Positions 9,320-20,055 of a DNA stretch of 64,000 bases are shown piece after piece. Location: NCBI GenBank assembly GCA_021648085.1, contig JAKITS010000001.1, positions 915,201 to 979,200 on the forward strand, in the 5' to 3' direction. Made by a program: the position numbers and the translations under genes. The notes below the pieces were generated by a model, which was given only the letters and a program-made list of their open reading frames with translations, made no database searches and was not told where the DNA came from. The DNA comes from Candidatus Magasanikiibacteriota bacterium. GTDB lineage: Bacteria > Patescibacteriota > Patescibacteriia > Magasanikbacterales > UBA922. Within the stretch, counting starts at the first letter, position 1. Each line of letters opens with the position of its first letter.

Positions 9320-12300
9320 ATGCCAATATACAAGAGACAGCCATTAAAGACAAAACAGCGTAAATTTTTTACAAAATTTAGCTCTAGTTTACCTGTTCCA
9401 GATCTTATTCAGGCTCAAAAAGATTCTTACAGTTGGTTCTTAAGAGAGGGTATCAAAGAACTTTTCGAGGAGGTTTCTCCTATTAACGATTTTACAGGTC
9501 GTGATTTAGAGCTTTATTTTGAAGACTATTTCATAGATGAGCCAAAATTTGATGAAACAACTTGCCGAGAAAAGAATATTACTTTCGAGGCTCCACTTCG
9601 CGCTACAGTTAAATTATTAAACAAAAGAACAGGAAAATCAACTAAACAGGAGATTTACCTTGGGGATATGCCACTTATGACAGAGCGTGGCACTTTTGTA
9701 GTAAATGGAATTGAGCGTGTTGTAGTTTCACAACTTATCAGAAGTCCGGGAGCATTTTTTACAGCAACCAACCTTCGCGGACGTCGTTTTTATGGTGCAA
9801 AAATTATTCCAAATCGTGGAGCTTGGGTTGAAATTGAAACAGACCAAAACAATGTAATCTGGGCAAAAGTAGACAGAAAACGAAAAATAGCTGTAACAGC
9901 ACTTTTGCGTGCTTTTGCAGGTCTTAACGATGAACAAATTATAGATTTGTTCAAAGATGTAAATAATCATCCAACGATAGACTTTATTGAGAATACTTTG
10001 AAAAAGGATGTATCTTCAAACGAAGAGGAAGGGTTGATTGAAGTGTACAAGCGTATTAGACCGGGTGATTTGGCTACAGCAGACAATGCAAAAAGTCTTA
10101 TACATTCAATGTTCTTCAATTTCGAAAGGTATGATTTAAGTAAGGTTGGTATTTATAAATTTAATACCAAGTTTAATCTTGGTTTAAAGGATAAAGATTT
10201 TGAAAAGAAAGAAAATCGTATTTTATCACCAGAAAAATTGACATCTGTTATAAAAGAAATAATTAGACTTAACATCACTCAAGAAGAGCCTGACGATATT
10301 GACCATTTGGGAAATAGGCGTGTGCGTGCTGTTGGAGAATTAGTGCAAAATAGATTTAGAGTAGGTCTGTCAAGAATGGAGCGTATTATTAGAGACAGGA
10401 TGAGTACTTATGAACTTATCAAGCTATCTCCAAATAAACTTGTAAATGCCCGTCCAGTTATTGCTTCTGTACATGAGTTTTTTATGAGTGCACAGCTTTC
10501 ACAGTTTATGGATCAAGTAAATCCTTTGGCAGAATTGGAACATAAGCGTCGTATTAGTGCTTTGGGGCCAGGTGGACTTTCTCGTGATAGAGCGGGATTT
10601 GAGGTTCGCGATGTGCACACAACTCATTACGGTCGTGTTTGTCCAATTTCTACTCCAGAGGGACCAAATATTGGTTTAGTTGGACATTTGGCAACATATT
10701 CAAAGATAAATAGTTTTGGATTTTTAGAGACACCTTATAGAAAAGTTATAAATGAGGTTCCAAATGAGGCTCGTTTTACAGAAGATGAGGTTTCAGCAAA
10801 AACTATAAAAGGAATTGTAGAAAGTGGTGAAAAAATTACAAAAACAATCGCTAAAAAACTAGCGAATACAAAAGCAAAAACTATAAAAGTAAAACCTCGT
10901 GTAACAAATGAAGTTGTATATTTAAATTCTTTTGAAGAGGAGCGCACAGTGACAGCTAGTGCTACAACACCAGTAGACGGAGATGGCTTTATTTTGGGAG
11001 TTCGTATTCCAGCGCGTGCTTATTCAGAGTCCACTATTGTAAAAGTGGAAGATGTTAATTATTTAGATGTTGCTTCAAATCAGATTTTAAGTGTTGCAAC
11101 AAGTCTTATTCCTTTCTTGGAGTACGATGATGCTACGCGTGCATTGATGGGGTCAAATATGCAGAGGCAATCTGTACCTTGTATTACTCCAGACGCTCCA
11201 CTTGTGGGAACTGGGATGGAAAAAGATGCCGCAAAAAATAGCGGATATGTTATACACGCACAAGCTACAGGAGAGGTGACTTACTTAGACGGAGATAAAA
11301 TTGAGATTACAAGTTCAAAAGGTGAGGTTTATACTCATAAATTGAAAAAGTATGTGCGTTCAAATGTTTCAAGTTGTATCAATCAAAGACCTGTTGTAAG
11401 GTTGGGAGATAATGTTAAAAAAGGAGAGTCACTTTGTGATGGACCGTCAATAGAGAGTAGTGAGTTGGCTTTGGGACAAAATGTATTGGTTGCGTATATG
11501 ATGTGGGATGGATTCAATTATGAGGATGCTATCATAATTTCTGAAAGACTTGTTCAGTCGGATAAGTACTCCTCAGTTCATATTGAAGACTATAAATTGG
11601 ATATTCGTGATACAAAACTTGGGCCAGAGTTGGTGACAAGTGATATTCCAAATGTAAGTGAAGAAAAATTAAAGAATTTAGATGCCGAAGGTGTTGTTCG
11701 TGTTGGAGCAGAAGTCCATTCTGGTGATATTTTGGTGGGTAAAATTAGTCCAAAAGGTGAGACAGAACTTTCTCCAGAAGAAAGACTTCTTCGTGCAATT
11801 TTTGGTGATAAAGCTAGAGATGTTCGCGATTCTTCTCTTTATCTAGAACATGGAGACAAAGGAAAGGTAATAGATGTAAAAGTATTTTCAGCAGAAGAGG
11901 GGGATAAATTGCAGGCTGGAGTTGTAAAACAGGTTCAAGTGACTGTAGCAGATATGCGTAAAATTCAGGTTGGAGATAAGATGGCTGGTCGTCATGGAAA
12001 TAAAGGTGTTATCGCTCGTGTTGTTCCTGTAGAAGATATGCCTTTCTTGGAAGATGGAACACCAGTTGATATTATCCTTTCACCGCTTGGAGTTGTATCT
12101 CGTATGAACTTGGGACAGCTTCTTGAAACTCATCTTGGTTTAGCTGCGAATGCACTTGGTTATAAAGCTGCTATCCCTACTTTGGATGGAATTCCAGAAG
12201 AAGTAATTCAGGGAGAGCTTAAAAAAGCAGGTTTTCCAGAAGATGGACAACTACAACTTCACGATGGTAGAACAGGTGAACTATTTGATCATAAAACAAC

Positions 12301-12709
12301 AGTTGGTTACAACTATATGTTGAAACTTAACCATATGATCGAAGATAAAATTCATCAACGCTCTATTGGTCCTTATAGTCTTATCACACAGCAACCTCTT
12401 GGAGGAAAGGCTCAGTTTGGTGGACAGCGTTTTGGAGAGATGGAGGTTTGGGCTTTGGAAGCCTATGGAGCAGCTCATACTTTACAGGAAATTTTAACTA
12501 TAAAATCTGACGATGTACCAGGGCGCTCAAAAGCTTATGAGTCTATTATTAAAGGGGAACCAATTACAAAAGTAAATGTTCCAGAATCATTCAATGTACT
12601 AACAAGAGAACTTAAAGGTCTAGCTCTTGATGTAGAACTTTTAAAGAAAACCGAAGATGGTTATATCACTGTAAGAGGTGGAAAAACATCTAAGAGTTCA
12701 AAGGAATAA
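9320..12709 (+). CDS. rpoB: DNA-directed RNA polymerase beta subunit
   Basis: Full-length RpoB homology. The start is taken at the ATG at 9320 (MPIYKRQ…) rather than the TTG at 9302 reported by the ORF track. Confidence 0.95.
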   Translation: MPIYKRQPLKTKQRKFFTKFSSSLPVPDLIQAQKDSYSWFLREGIKELFEEVSPINDFTGRDLELYFEDYFIDEPKFDETTCREKNITFEAPLRATVKLLNKRTGKSTKQEIYLGDMPLMTERGTFVVNGIERVVVSQLIRSPGAFFTATNLRGRRFYGAKIIPNRGAWVEIETDQNNVIWAKVDRKRKIAVTALLRAFAGLNDEQIIDLFKDVNNHPTIDFIENTLKKDVSSNEEEGLIEVYKRIRPGDLATADNAKSLIHSMFFNFERYDLSKVGIYKFNTKFNLGLKDKDFEKKENRILSPEKLTSVIKEIIRLNITQEEPDDIDHLGNRRVRAVGELVQNRFRVGLSRMERIIRDRMSTYELIKLSPNKLVNARPVIASVHEFFMSAQLSQFMDQVNPLAELEHKRRISALGPGGLSRDRAGFEVRDVHTTHYGRVCPISTPEGPNIGLVGHLATYSKINSFGFLETPYRKVINEVPNEARFTEDEVSAKTIKGIVESGEKITKTIAKKLANTKAKTIKVKPRVTNEVVYLNSFEEERTVTASATTPVDGDGFILGVRIPARAYSESTIVKVEDVNYLDVASNQILSVATSLIPFLEYDDATRALMGSNMQRQSVPCITPDAPLVGTGMEKDAAKNSGYVIHAQATGEVTYLDGDKIEITSSKGEVYTHKLKKYVRSNVSSCINQRPVVRLGDNVKKGESLCDGPSIESSELALGQNVLVAYMMWDGFNYEDAIIISERLVQSDKYSSVHIEDYKLDIRDTKLGPELVTSDIPNVSEEKLKNLDAEGVVRVGAEVHSGDILVGKISPKGETELSPEERLLRAIFGDKARDVRDSSLYLEHGDKGKVIDVKVFSAEEGDKLQAGVVKQVQVTVADMRKIQVGDKMAGRHGNKGVIARVVPVEDMPFLEDGTPVDIILSPLGVVSRMNLGQLLETHLGLAANALGYKAAIPTLDGIPEEVIQGELKKAGFPEDGQLQLHDGRTGELFDHKTTVGYNYMLKLNHMIEDKIHQRSIGPYSLITQQPLGGKAQFGGQRFGEMEVWALEAYGAAHTLQEILTIKSDDVPGRSKAYESIIKGEPITKVNVPESFNVLTRELKGLALDVELLKKTEDGYITVRGGKTSKSSKE

Positions 12710-12722
12710 TAAAAATAAATTT

Positions 12723-15700
12723 ATGAGTACTATAAATCGTGACGCGCTACATTCAACTGATTTTGACGCATTAGCTTTAAGGATTGCTTCACCAGAAGTA
12801 ATTAAAGGGTGGTCATACGGTGAAATTACGAAGCCAGAGACTATTAACTATCGCACACAGCGCTCTGAAAAAGCTGGTCTTTTCGCTGAGGAAATTTTTG
12901 GACCTACAAAAGATTGGGAGTGTTATTGTGGAAAATACAAAAAAATTCGCTATAAAGGAATAACTTGTGATAAATGTGGAGTGGAAGTGACTCACTCACT
13001 TGTGCGTCGTGAGCGTATGGGGCATATTGAGCTTTCAGCGCCAGTCACACATATTTGGTTTCTGCGTTCAATTCCTTCAAAAATAGGTTTGGTGTTAGAT
13101 ATGTCTATTCAAGGTTTGGAAAAAGTAATTTATTTTGCTTCTTTTATAATTACAAAAGTAGACGAAGAGCTAAAAGCCGAGACACAAGAAGAATTAAAGA
13201 AAGAGTTTAAAAGTAAGAAAAAACAACTTGAAAATCAGTATAAAAAGAAAATTGCTGAAGCTGTAAAAGAAAATCAAGATGCAAAGCTGTTGGAAGACTT
13301 AGCTAGCGAAAGAGATAAAAAAGTAGAATCACTTGAAGAAGATTTTTCTTATGCTGAAAAAGAGCTAAAAGAAATTTCAATGATGAGTTTAATTTCAGAA
13401 AATCAATATCAAGAACTTTCTTTGAGATTTGGACATATTTTTGATGCAAAAATTGGTGCGGAAGGTGTAAAAGAACTTTTAAAAAAATTAGATTTAAGTA
13501 AAACAATAGAAAATTTAGAGGAATTAATCAAAAAAAGTAAGGGTGCAAAGCGTGACAGACTTGTTCGTCGTGTAAAACTTTTGACAAGTCTTAAGAAGAA
13601 TAATATTAAACCAGAATGGATGGTATTGTCTTCTGTGCCTGTAATTCCACCAGATTTAAGACCTATGGTTGCACTGGATGGTGGTAGGTTTGCAACAAGC
13701 GATCTAAATGATTTATACAGACGCGTTATAAATAGAAATAACCGTTTGAAAAGATTGATAGATTTGAATGCACCAGAGGTAATTCGTAGAAATGAAAAAA
13801 GAATGCTTCAGGAGGCTGTAGACGCTTTAATTGATAATAATGCAAGAACTTCAAAGACTGTGACAGCATCAACTGGGCAAAAACGCCAACTGCGTTCTTT
13901 GGCAGATATTTTGAAAGGTAAACAAGGTCGTTTTCGTCAAAATCTACTTGGTAAACGCGTAGACTATTCAGGGCGTTCAGTAATTGTGGTTGGGCCAAGT
14001 TTGAAAATTAGTGAATGTGGTTTGCCAAAGAAAATGGCTTTGGAATTATTTAAACCATTTGTAATGTCAAAAATAATTCAGAGAGGTTTTGCTCATAATG
14101 TAAGAAGTGCTTCAAGATTTATAGAATCGAACGCACCAGAAGTTTGGGATATCTTAGAAGAGGTGACTAGCACAAGGCGTGTAATGTTGAATCGTGCACC
14201 GACTCTTCATAGATTGGGTATTCAAGCTTTCAAACCACTTCTTATCGAAGGAAAAGCTATCCAACTTCATCCACTTGTTTGTCCTGCGTTCAACGCTGAC
14301 TTCGATGGAGACCAGATGGCTGTACATGTTCCACTTACAGAAGATGCAAAATGGGAAGCTGAAAACCTAATGGCTGCAGAAACTAACATTTTGAAACCAG
14401 CAACTGGTCGTCCTGTGGTAACTCCAGGGCATGACATTGTACTTGGTTGTTATTACTTGACTGGAATTATTGAAACTGAAGAGGAAGTAAAAAAGTTTTT
14501 CTCAGACGCTACAGAAGCAAAATTTGCATATAAAAATCGTAAAATTAACTTGAAAGAAAAGATAAAAGTACGTTTCAAAAATTTGTCTAAATTTGAAGAA
14601 GGTATTGGTCCAATAGTTGAAACAACGGTTGGTAGAATTTTGTTCAATGAAATTTTACCAGAAAAATTATCATTTTATAATGAGACTGTTTCAAAGAAAA
14701 CTTTGGGTCAAATTATTGCTTTCCTGCTTGAATTTTACGGACAAGTATTTACAGCTCGTACTTTGGACGACATCAAAACAATTGGTTTCCGTTATGCTAC
14801 AAAATCTGGATATTCACTTGGAATGCAAGACTTTGGTAAAAATGAAGAAAAGACAGAAATCCTAGCAGAAGGCGACAAAAAAGCACAAGAAGTAGAAGAA
14901 CAATATCAAGATGGTTTGCTTACAGATTCAGAAAGACACGCAAAAATATTAGATATTTGGACAGATGTAAAAGATAGAGTTTTATCTTACAACGATAAAG
15001 CTCTGGACAAAGACGGTCCAGTTTTTGCAATGATTGACTCTGGAGCTCGTGGAAGTTGGGCACAACTTGGGCAGGTAGTAGGAATGAAAGGGCTTGTAGC
15101 TTCACCGAGTGGAGACATTATCGAATTGCCTGTAAAAGGAAACTTTAAAGAAGGTTTTAGTGTATTGGAATTCTTCATATCTTCTCATGGTACTCGTAAA
15201 GGTCTAACTGACACCGCTTTGCGTACAGCGAATGCTGGTTATCTTACTCGTCGTCTTATAGACGTTGCACAAGATGTAGTTGTAAATGCAGACGATTGTG
15301 GAGAAAGAGAGGGAGATTTAATAACAAGAGCTAGCTCAGAAGAAGTTGGGGAAACTATAGCAGAGCGTGTAAGAGGTAGATTTGTATCAAAAACTCTTAA
15401 AGATAGCGAAGGAAAAACAATTGTTAAAAAAGGACAGGTCGTGACAGAAGAGCTTGCAAGACATATTGCAAAAGCAGATCTAGATGAAGTTCATATTCGT
15501 TCAATTATAAAATGTAAACTTGTAAAAGGTGTTTGTAAAAAGTGTTATGGATACGACCTTGGTAACAACGAAGTTGTAGAAATAGGTATGGCAGCTGGTA
15601 TTGTGGCAGCACAATCAATCGGTGAGCCGGGAACACAACTTACTATGAGAACTTTCCATCTTGGAGGAGTTGCTGGAGTAGGAGATATTACACAAGGTTT

Positions 15701-16724
15701 ACCCCGTGTGGAAGAATTATTTGAGGCTCGCAATCCAAAAAGACAAGCTGTTTTGACAGAGGTAGATGGAACAATTGAAATAGAAGATGCAGATGGAAAA
15801 GTAATTACAAACTCAACAGGAAGAAAAGTTTTTGAGGGGCGTAGAGGGCAAAAAATCATCAAGGTTCATTTTGAAGGAACTGAAGAGATGGATATTAAAA
15901 TCAGAAAAACTGACGATGTAAAAATTGTAGACGGACAAAAAATCAAAAAAGGACAAGTATTACTTGTAAGAGGTACAACAGGAGAAGAAACAAAAGCACT
16001 TTACAAAGGAAGTGTTCGTGTTGCTGAAAAATCTATGACTTTGGTTTATGAAGGTAAGCACTTAAGAGAATACATAATTCCAATCGGACTGAAACTTTGG
16101 GTAAAAGATGGTGATGTTGTAGAAAAAGGGGAGCAACTTACAGAAGGAAGTGTAAATCTGCAAGAATTATTTGTTTTGAGAGATCGTGGTTCTGTTCAAA
16201 AATATATTCTTCGTGAAATTAAACAAATTTACGGAGCTCAAGGACAGAAATTGAACGATAAACACCTAGAAGTTATCATTAAGCAATTGTTCAGTCGTGT
16301 ATTTGTAGAAGACGTCGGCGATACAGATCTTATCCCAGGAGAAATCATTGAGAAAACTCAATATATGATTGCAAACAATAAAGCAAAAGAAGCAGGCAAA
16401 AAAACTTCAGAAGTTAGAGAATTATTCTTAGGAATGAGTAAAGTTTCTCTTTCAACACAAAGCTTTTTGTCTGCAGCGTCTTTCCAGGAAACAGCCCGTG
16501 TTCTTGTAAATGCAGCTGTTACTGGTAAGATTGATTATCTAGAAGGATTAAAAGAAAATGTTATTATTGGAAGATTGATTCCAGTAGGAACAGGTGTAAA
16601 ACCAATAGAAAGAAAACAATCTGAAGTTGCAGAAGTTGAGACTGTGAAAGCAGTGGAAACTACGACAGAAGAAGAAGTAACAGAAAAAGTAGAGGCTGTA
16701 AAAACAACAGAAGAAAAAGCATAA
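12723..16724 (+). CDS. rpoC: DNA-directed RNA polymerase beta' subunit
   Basis: Zn-binding CX2C…CX2C motif, NADFDGD catalytic motif and an acidic C-terminal tail. The start is chosen at the ATG at 12723 (MSTINRD…). Confidence 0.95.
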   Translation: MSTINRDALHSTDFDALALRIASPEVIKGWSYGEITKPETINYRTQRSEKAGLFAEEIFGPTKDWECYCGKYKKIRYKGITCDKCGVEVTHSLVRRERMGHIELSAPVTHIWFLRSIPSKIGLVLDMSIQGLEKVIYFASFIITKVDEELKAETQEELKKEFKSKKKQLENQYKKKIAEAVKENQDAKLLEDLASERDKKVESLEEDFSYAEKELKEISMMSLISENQYQELSLRFGHIFDAKIGAEGVKELLKKLDLSKTIENLEELIKKSKGAKRDRLVRRVKLLTSLKKNNIKPEWMVLSSVPVIPPDLRPMVALDGGRFATSDLNDLYRRVINRNNRLKRLIDLNAPEVIRRNEKRMLQEAVDALIDNNARTSKTVTASTGQKRQLRSLADILKGKQGRFRQNLLGKRVDYSGRSVIVVGPSLKISECGLPKKMALELFKPFVMSKIIQRGFAHNVRSASRFIESNAPEVWDILEEVTSTRRVMLNRAPTLHRLGIQAFKPLLIEGKAIQLHPLVCPAFNADFDGDQMAVHVPLTEDAKWEAENLMAAETNILKPATGRPVVTPGHDIVLGCYYLTGIIETEEEVKKFFSDATEAKFAYKNRKINLKEKIKVRFKNLSKFEEGIGPIVETTVGRILFNEILPEKLSFYNETVSKKTLGQIIAFLLEFYGQVFTARTLDDIKTIGFRYATKSGYSLGMQDFGKNEEKTEILAEGDKKAQEVEEQYQDGLLTDSERHAKILDIWTDVKDRVLSYNDKALDKDGPVFAMIDSGARGSWAQLGQVVGMKGLVASPSGDIIELPVKGNFKEGFSVLEFFISSHGTRKGLTDTALRTANAGYLTRRLIDVAQDVVVNADDCGEREGDLITRASSEEVGETIAERVRGRFVSKTLKDSEGKTIVKKGQVVTEELARHIAKADLDEVHIRSIIKCKLVKGVCKKCYGYDLGNNEVVEIGMAAGIVAAQSIGEPGTQLTMRTFHLGGVAGVGDITQGLPRVEELFEARNPKRQAVLTEVDGTIEIEDADGKVITNSTGRKVFEGRRGQKIIKVHFEGTEEMDIKIRKTDDVKIVDGQKIKKGQVLLVRGTTGEETKALYKGSVRVAEKSMTLVYEGKHLREYIIPIGLKLWVKDGDVVEKGEQLTEGSVNLQELFVLRDRGSVQKYILREIKQIYGAQGQKLNDKHLEVIIKQLFSRVFVEDVGDTDLIPGEIIEKTQYMIANNKAKEAGKKTSEVRELFLGMSKVSLSTQSFLSAASFQETARVLVNAAVTGKIDYLEGLKENVIIGRLIPVGTGVKPIERKQSEVAEVETVKAVETTTEEEVTEKVEAVKTTEEKA

Positions 16725-16741
16725 AACTACTTTAAAAATAC

Positions 16742-16932
16742 AAAAAACCTTGTTAAGGGTCTATCTAAAAATACGCTTTCGTTATTTAAATTTCTAAATT
16801 TTGAGCGAGACAAAAAGAAAAAATATTTGCCCAGCCTAAGCTTCGGAAATATTTTTTCTTGAAGTTGTAGTCAAAATTTGGAGATTTTAATAGAAATGGT
16901 ATGTTTAGATAGGCCCATCAGCAAGGTTTTTT
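16742..16932 (+). repeat. Copy B of the conserved ~125-nt core element. Inner closing inverted repeat gggtctatctaaa (16758..16770) pairs with tttagataggccc (16904..16916). An outer terminator-like arm aaaaaaccttg…caaggtttttt also pairs.
   Basis: Direct alignment with copies A and C. Located between the rpoC stop and the 991-aa repeat-protein gene. Confidence 0.75.
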
Positions 16933-16990
16933 GTTATTTAATTTTTTTATATGGTAATATATAAAACATAAACAAATTCATATATTTTTT

Positions 16991-19966
16991 ATGAGAGAAT
17001 ATAATAGAGAACAAGAAAATGAAATTAAAGAATTGGCGGTGAGTGAGGCTGAGGAAGCAGAAATTCACACTGAATTAGAAAAAAAAGCTTATTTACAAAA
17101 AATAGAAGATATTTTCAAAGCACAAAAACTAAAAAAATATGAATATGAATATGAATATTATAATAATCTAAAAGATAAGTTGTTTAAAACTATTGATAAT
17201 TATGAAGGAGATAAAAATGATATTTATTTATATATTTTAGATAAAGAGGTGTATTTTTTTAAAGAATCTTTTTTATTTGACGAAAGAGTCCAGGATTTGA
17301 ATAGTACAGTTGCAAATAAACTTTGTGAGTTTAGTGGAGGTTATAATAATATTGAAAGTAATCGAGATAAATTTCAAAATTTAAATTATAAAGACATTGC
17401 AAACAGACTTATTAAATCAGACCAAGGTTATGTGCTTGCAAATAACCTAGAAAAATTCCAAGGTTTAGATCATCAAGACATTGCAAACAGACTTATTAAA
17501 TCAGACCAAGGTTATGTGCTTGCAAATAACCTAGAAAAATTCCAAGGTTTAGATCATCAAGACATTGCAAATAGACTTATTAAATCTAATAATGTATGGC
17601 CTTTAGTAAATAACCTAGAAAAATTTAGAGGATTAAACCATCAAGAATTAGCAAATAAACTTATTAAACCTAATAATGCTGAGTTTTTAGTAAAAAATTT
17701 AGAAAAATTCCAAGGTTTAGATCATCAAGACATTGCGAGCAAACTTATTGAAAATGCACAAATAGATTTGCTTATAAATAATATAGAAAAATTCCAAGGT
17801 GGTTTAAACACAGTATCACAAGGATTTCAACAAAATGCACAAACAAATTTTGGTGGTAAAAAAGAAGATTATAAAAAGATTTTTGAAAATCAAACTCCAC
17901 CGCACGATATGGAAAATCAATTATTAGAGGAATTTTTAAGAAAATATGGTAGTTTTTTACAAAATTTTAATGAATTAAAAGAAGCACAAAACATTTCCGA
18001 AGAAGATAAAAAATATCTTGAATCTGGAAAATTTGGAGAAGAATTTTTAATTCCTGTTTGTAATTCTCAAAGTGTTGGAAGTTTTCGGTTTTTGGATTTT
18101 ACATCAAAACTTATTGAATTTGAAAGAGTTATTTCAGAAAAAGATTTTTCTTTGTTAAGTGAAATTGCTATAAGACAAGGAATAAGAGCAATAGAAACAA
18201 TGGATTTTTTAACAAAACAACATGGTAAATACAATGAGTCATTATCAGAAAATAAAAACTTAAAAGAATTCATATTTTCTGGTTTACCAACTATACAAGA
18301 TATATATAAAGAATATTTATCAATTATAGAAGATGATTCACTCACAGATTTGGAGAGAAAAACAGAATTGAATAATCTTAAAGAAAAAGTTTTGAAAATA
18401 CAAGGGCAAATAATAAAAGGTGGAGGTGAAAATTCTGAAAATAAAGAAGATGAGAAAATGTTGGTTGGTTTAACTTACGATGTTTTTTCACCAGCTTCAT
18501 CTATAGGAAGGGCGCAATATGAAAACCTGTTGAGTAGAAGAGAGGATAGGACAAAAGATATCCCACAAGAATTAATGGATTTAAACAAAGAAACAAAAAT
18601 AACAGCTGTATATAAAAAATTTGGATTTTGGAATTTAAAAGAAGGTGAAAAAACCGACTTTACTTTACCAGAAAAATATACTGGTTTTATTGATAAAATA
18701 AATAAAACCGCAAAAGAGAAAAAAGAGGAAAATAAAGATTGGCGTGCGGAATATGTAAAACTTGCGCAACAACTTTTGCGAACAAAAAAAATTAATTGGA
18801 AAGAAAAAAATGAGGTTTTCCAAGATATTTATAGACTTATTGCAAGCGGAGCTGTTCCTGGAGTTGCAGGAATTGAAAAAAAGGGAGATACTTTTGAAGA
18901 TAACAAACAATTGTTAGATTTGGTTGGTGATAAATTTAAAGATGCTATTGATATTGCACTCAAAACATACAAAGAAGAAAATCCAGAAGAATATGAAAAA
19001 GATGTAGATATTGCTACAAAACTTGTGATAAATAAAAAAGCAAAAAAAGGAATAGTAAAAAGTATGGTGGGAGTTTTGAAACAGTATACTCGCGTGCCAA
19101 AACATAAAATATTTGATGAGGATACAGACAGGTTTGTAAATAGTAAAATAAAAAGAATATTGAAAAAATATAGTATTCATTTTGAAGGGGATATATTGAG
19201 TGAACTTGTAAATAATGAAAAATTGATGGAAAGTGTGGAGAAAATAGATGTCGAAATAGGTGAAAATGAAAAAACAGAAGATATAAAAGCGAGAATGGAA
19301 GCAGAGACAATGGAAATGGAACAAATTTTAAAAGAGTACTTTCAAGAAAAACTATTGAATGCAGAAATGAATCGTAATGCAGGAAAACTTTCTTCAGAAT
19401 TGGCTGGTAAATTTTTTGGTGAAGAAAAAAATAAACTGCAAGATGATATTTCTAAATATGAATTTGTAGAAGGTGGAGGTGGATCTGGAAAACCTTTGCG
19501 TTTGGAAATATCAAAACACAAATTGCACAGTGTAGCTGGTTTAAATATGGGAGTTTGTGTAGCAGTGGACGAAAAACTTTGGAACAAAGAAACTTTTATG
19601 AATGTAATTTTGTGGGACGATGAAATTAAGAAATCTCAGGGAGGAATGCATTTTGAAATTGTAGAAGATAAAGGTGAAAAGTATCTTAGTTTACCTGGAA
19701 TAAATCCAACTCCAAAATTACTTGCTTCTGCAAATCCAGAAAGTATATATGATCAAATGATAGAATTTGCAAAAAAATCCGCAAAAGCAATTGGTGCAAA
19801 AGGAGTGTTGATTCCTACTCGTGGAGAGATACATTCAAATCGTGCGGAAATACATAAAATTGTGCAAGATAAAAAATATCCAGTTCATAGTTTAGAAAAT
19901 AGTCATGACTTTTCATATAAACCTTATATTTATTCTTGGAAGGATACTTATTTTATAGAAGTATAA
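16991..19966 (+). CDS. Large K/E-rich hypothetical protein with about five tandem 28-aa repeats (DIANRLIKSDQGYVLANNLEKFQGLDHQ)
   Basis: ORF of 991 aa with 84-bp DNA tandem repeats. No signal peptide is apparent. Confidence 0.6.
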   Translation: MREYNREQENEIKELAVSEAEEAEIHTELEKKAYLQKIEDIFKAQKLKKYEYEYEYYNNLKDKLFKTIDNYEGDKNDIYLYILDKEVYFFKESFLFDERVQDLNSTVANKLCEFSGGYNNIESNRDKFQNLNYKDIANRLIKSDQGYVLANNLEKFQGLDHQDIANRLIKSDQGYVLANNLEKFQGLDHQDIANRLIKSNNVWPLVNNLEKFRGLNHQELANKLIKPNNAEFLVKNLEKFQGLDHQDIASKLIENAQIDLLINNIEKFQGGLNTVSQGFQQNAQTNFGGKKEDYKKIFENQTPPHDMENQLLEEFLRKYGSFLQNFNELKEAQNISEEDKKYLESGKFGEEFLIPVCNSQSVGSFRFLDFTSKLIEFERVISEKDFSLLSEIAIRQGIRAIETMDFLTKQHGKYNESLSENKNLKEFIFSGLPTIQDIYKEYLSIIEDDSLTDLERKTELNNLKEKVLKIQGQIIKGGGENSENKEDEKMLVGLTYDVFSPASSIGRAQYENLLSRREDRTKDIPQELMDLNKETKITAVYKKFGFWNLKEGEKTDFTLPEKYTGFIDKINKTAKEKKEENKDWRAEYVKLAQQLLRTKKINWKEKNEVFQDIYRLIASGAVPGVAGIEKKGDTFEDNKQLLDLVGDKFKDAIDIALKTYKEENPEEYEKDVDIATKLVINKKAKKGIVKSMVGVLKQYTRVPKHKIFDEDTDRFVNSKIKRILKKYSIHFEGDILSELVNNEKLMESVEKIDVEIGENEKTEDIKARMEAETMEMEQILKEYFQEKLLNAEMNRNAGKLSSELAGKFFGEEKNKLQDDISKYEFVEGGGGSGKPLRLEISKHKLHSVAGLNMGVCVAVDEKLWNKETFMNVILWDDEIKKSQGGMHFEIVEDKGEKYLSLPGINPTPKLLASANPESIYDQMIEFAKKSAKAIGAKGVLIPTRGEIHSNRAEIHKIVQDKKYPVHSLENSHDFSYKPYIYSWKDTYFIEV
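17393..17812 (+). repeat. Intragenic 84-bp tandem repeat array. Two copies are perfect (17393..17476 and 17477..17560) and about three are diverged.
   Basis: Identical 84-nt strings read directly. Downstream units diverge at both the nucleotide and protein level. Confidence 0.85.
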
Positions 19967-19981
19967 ATTACTTTTTAAAAC

Positions 19982-20012
19982 AAAAAACCTTGTTAATTAC
20001 AGGGTTTTTTGT
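19982..20012 (+). terminator. Rho-independent terminator (aaaaaaccttgttaattacagggtttttt)
   Basis: Hairpin plus T-tract. It shares the aaaaaaccttgtt motif with the outer arm of element copy B. Confidence 0.55.
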
Positions 20013-20055
20013 TATGTTAAATTAGGATTTAGTATTATAAATTAATATTTATTTT

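Noticed and set aside
9728-16000. Numerous 60-110-aa ORFs antisense to or out of frame within rpoB, rpoC, ftsK, uvrA, pnp, glmS and others (for example 9728..9970, 13726..13998, 15545..15862, 43445..43651)
   Set aside because: These are shadow ORFs inside well-conserved long genes. They have no SD and a composition typical of reading AT-rich or antisense sequence.
4629-20012. The recurring aaaaaaccttg…caaggtttttt hairpins (4629, 16742, 19982) as a separate repeat family
   Set aside because: They are short and differ in stem and loop. They are best explained as similar intrinsic terminators, one of which hosts element copy B, rather than as a dispersed repeat.
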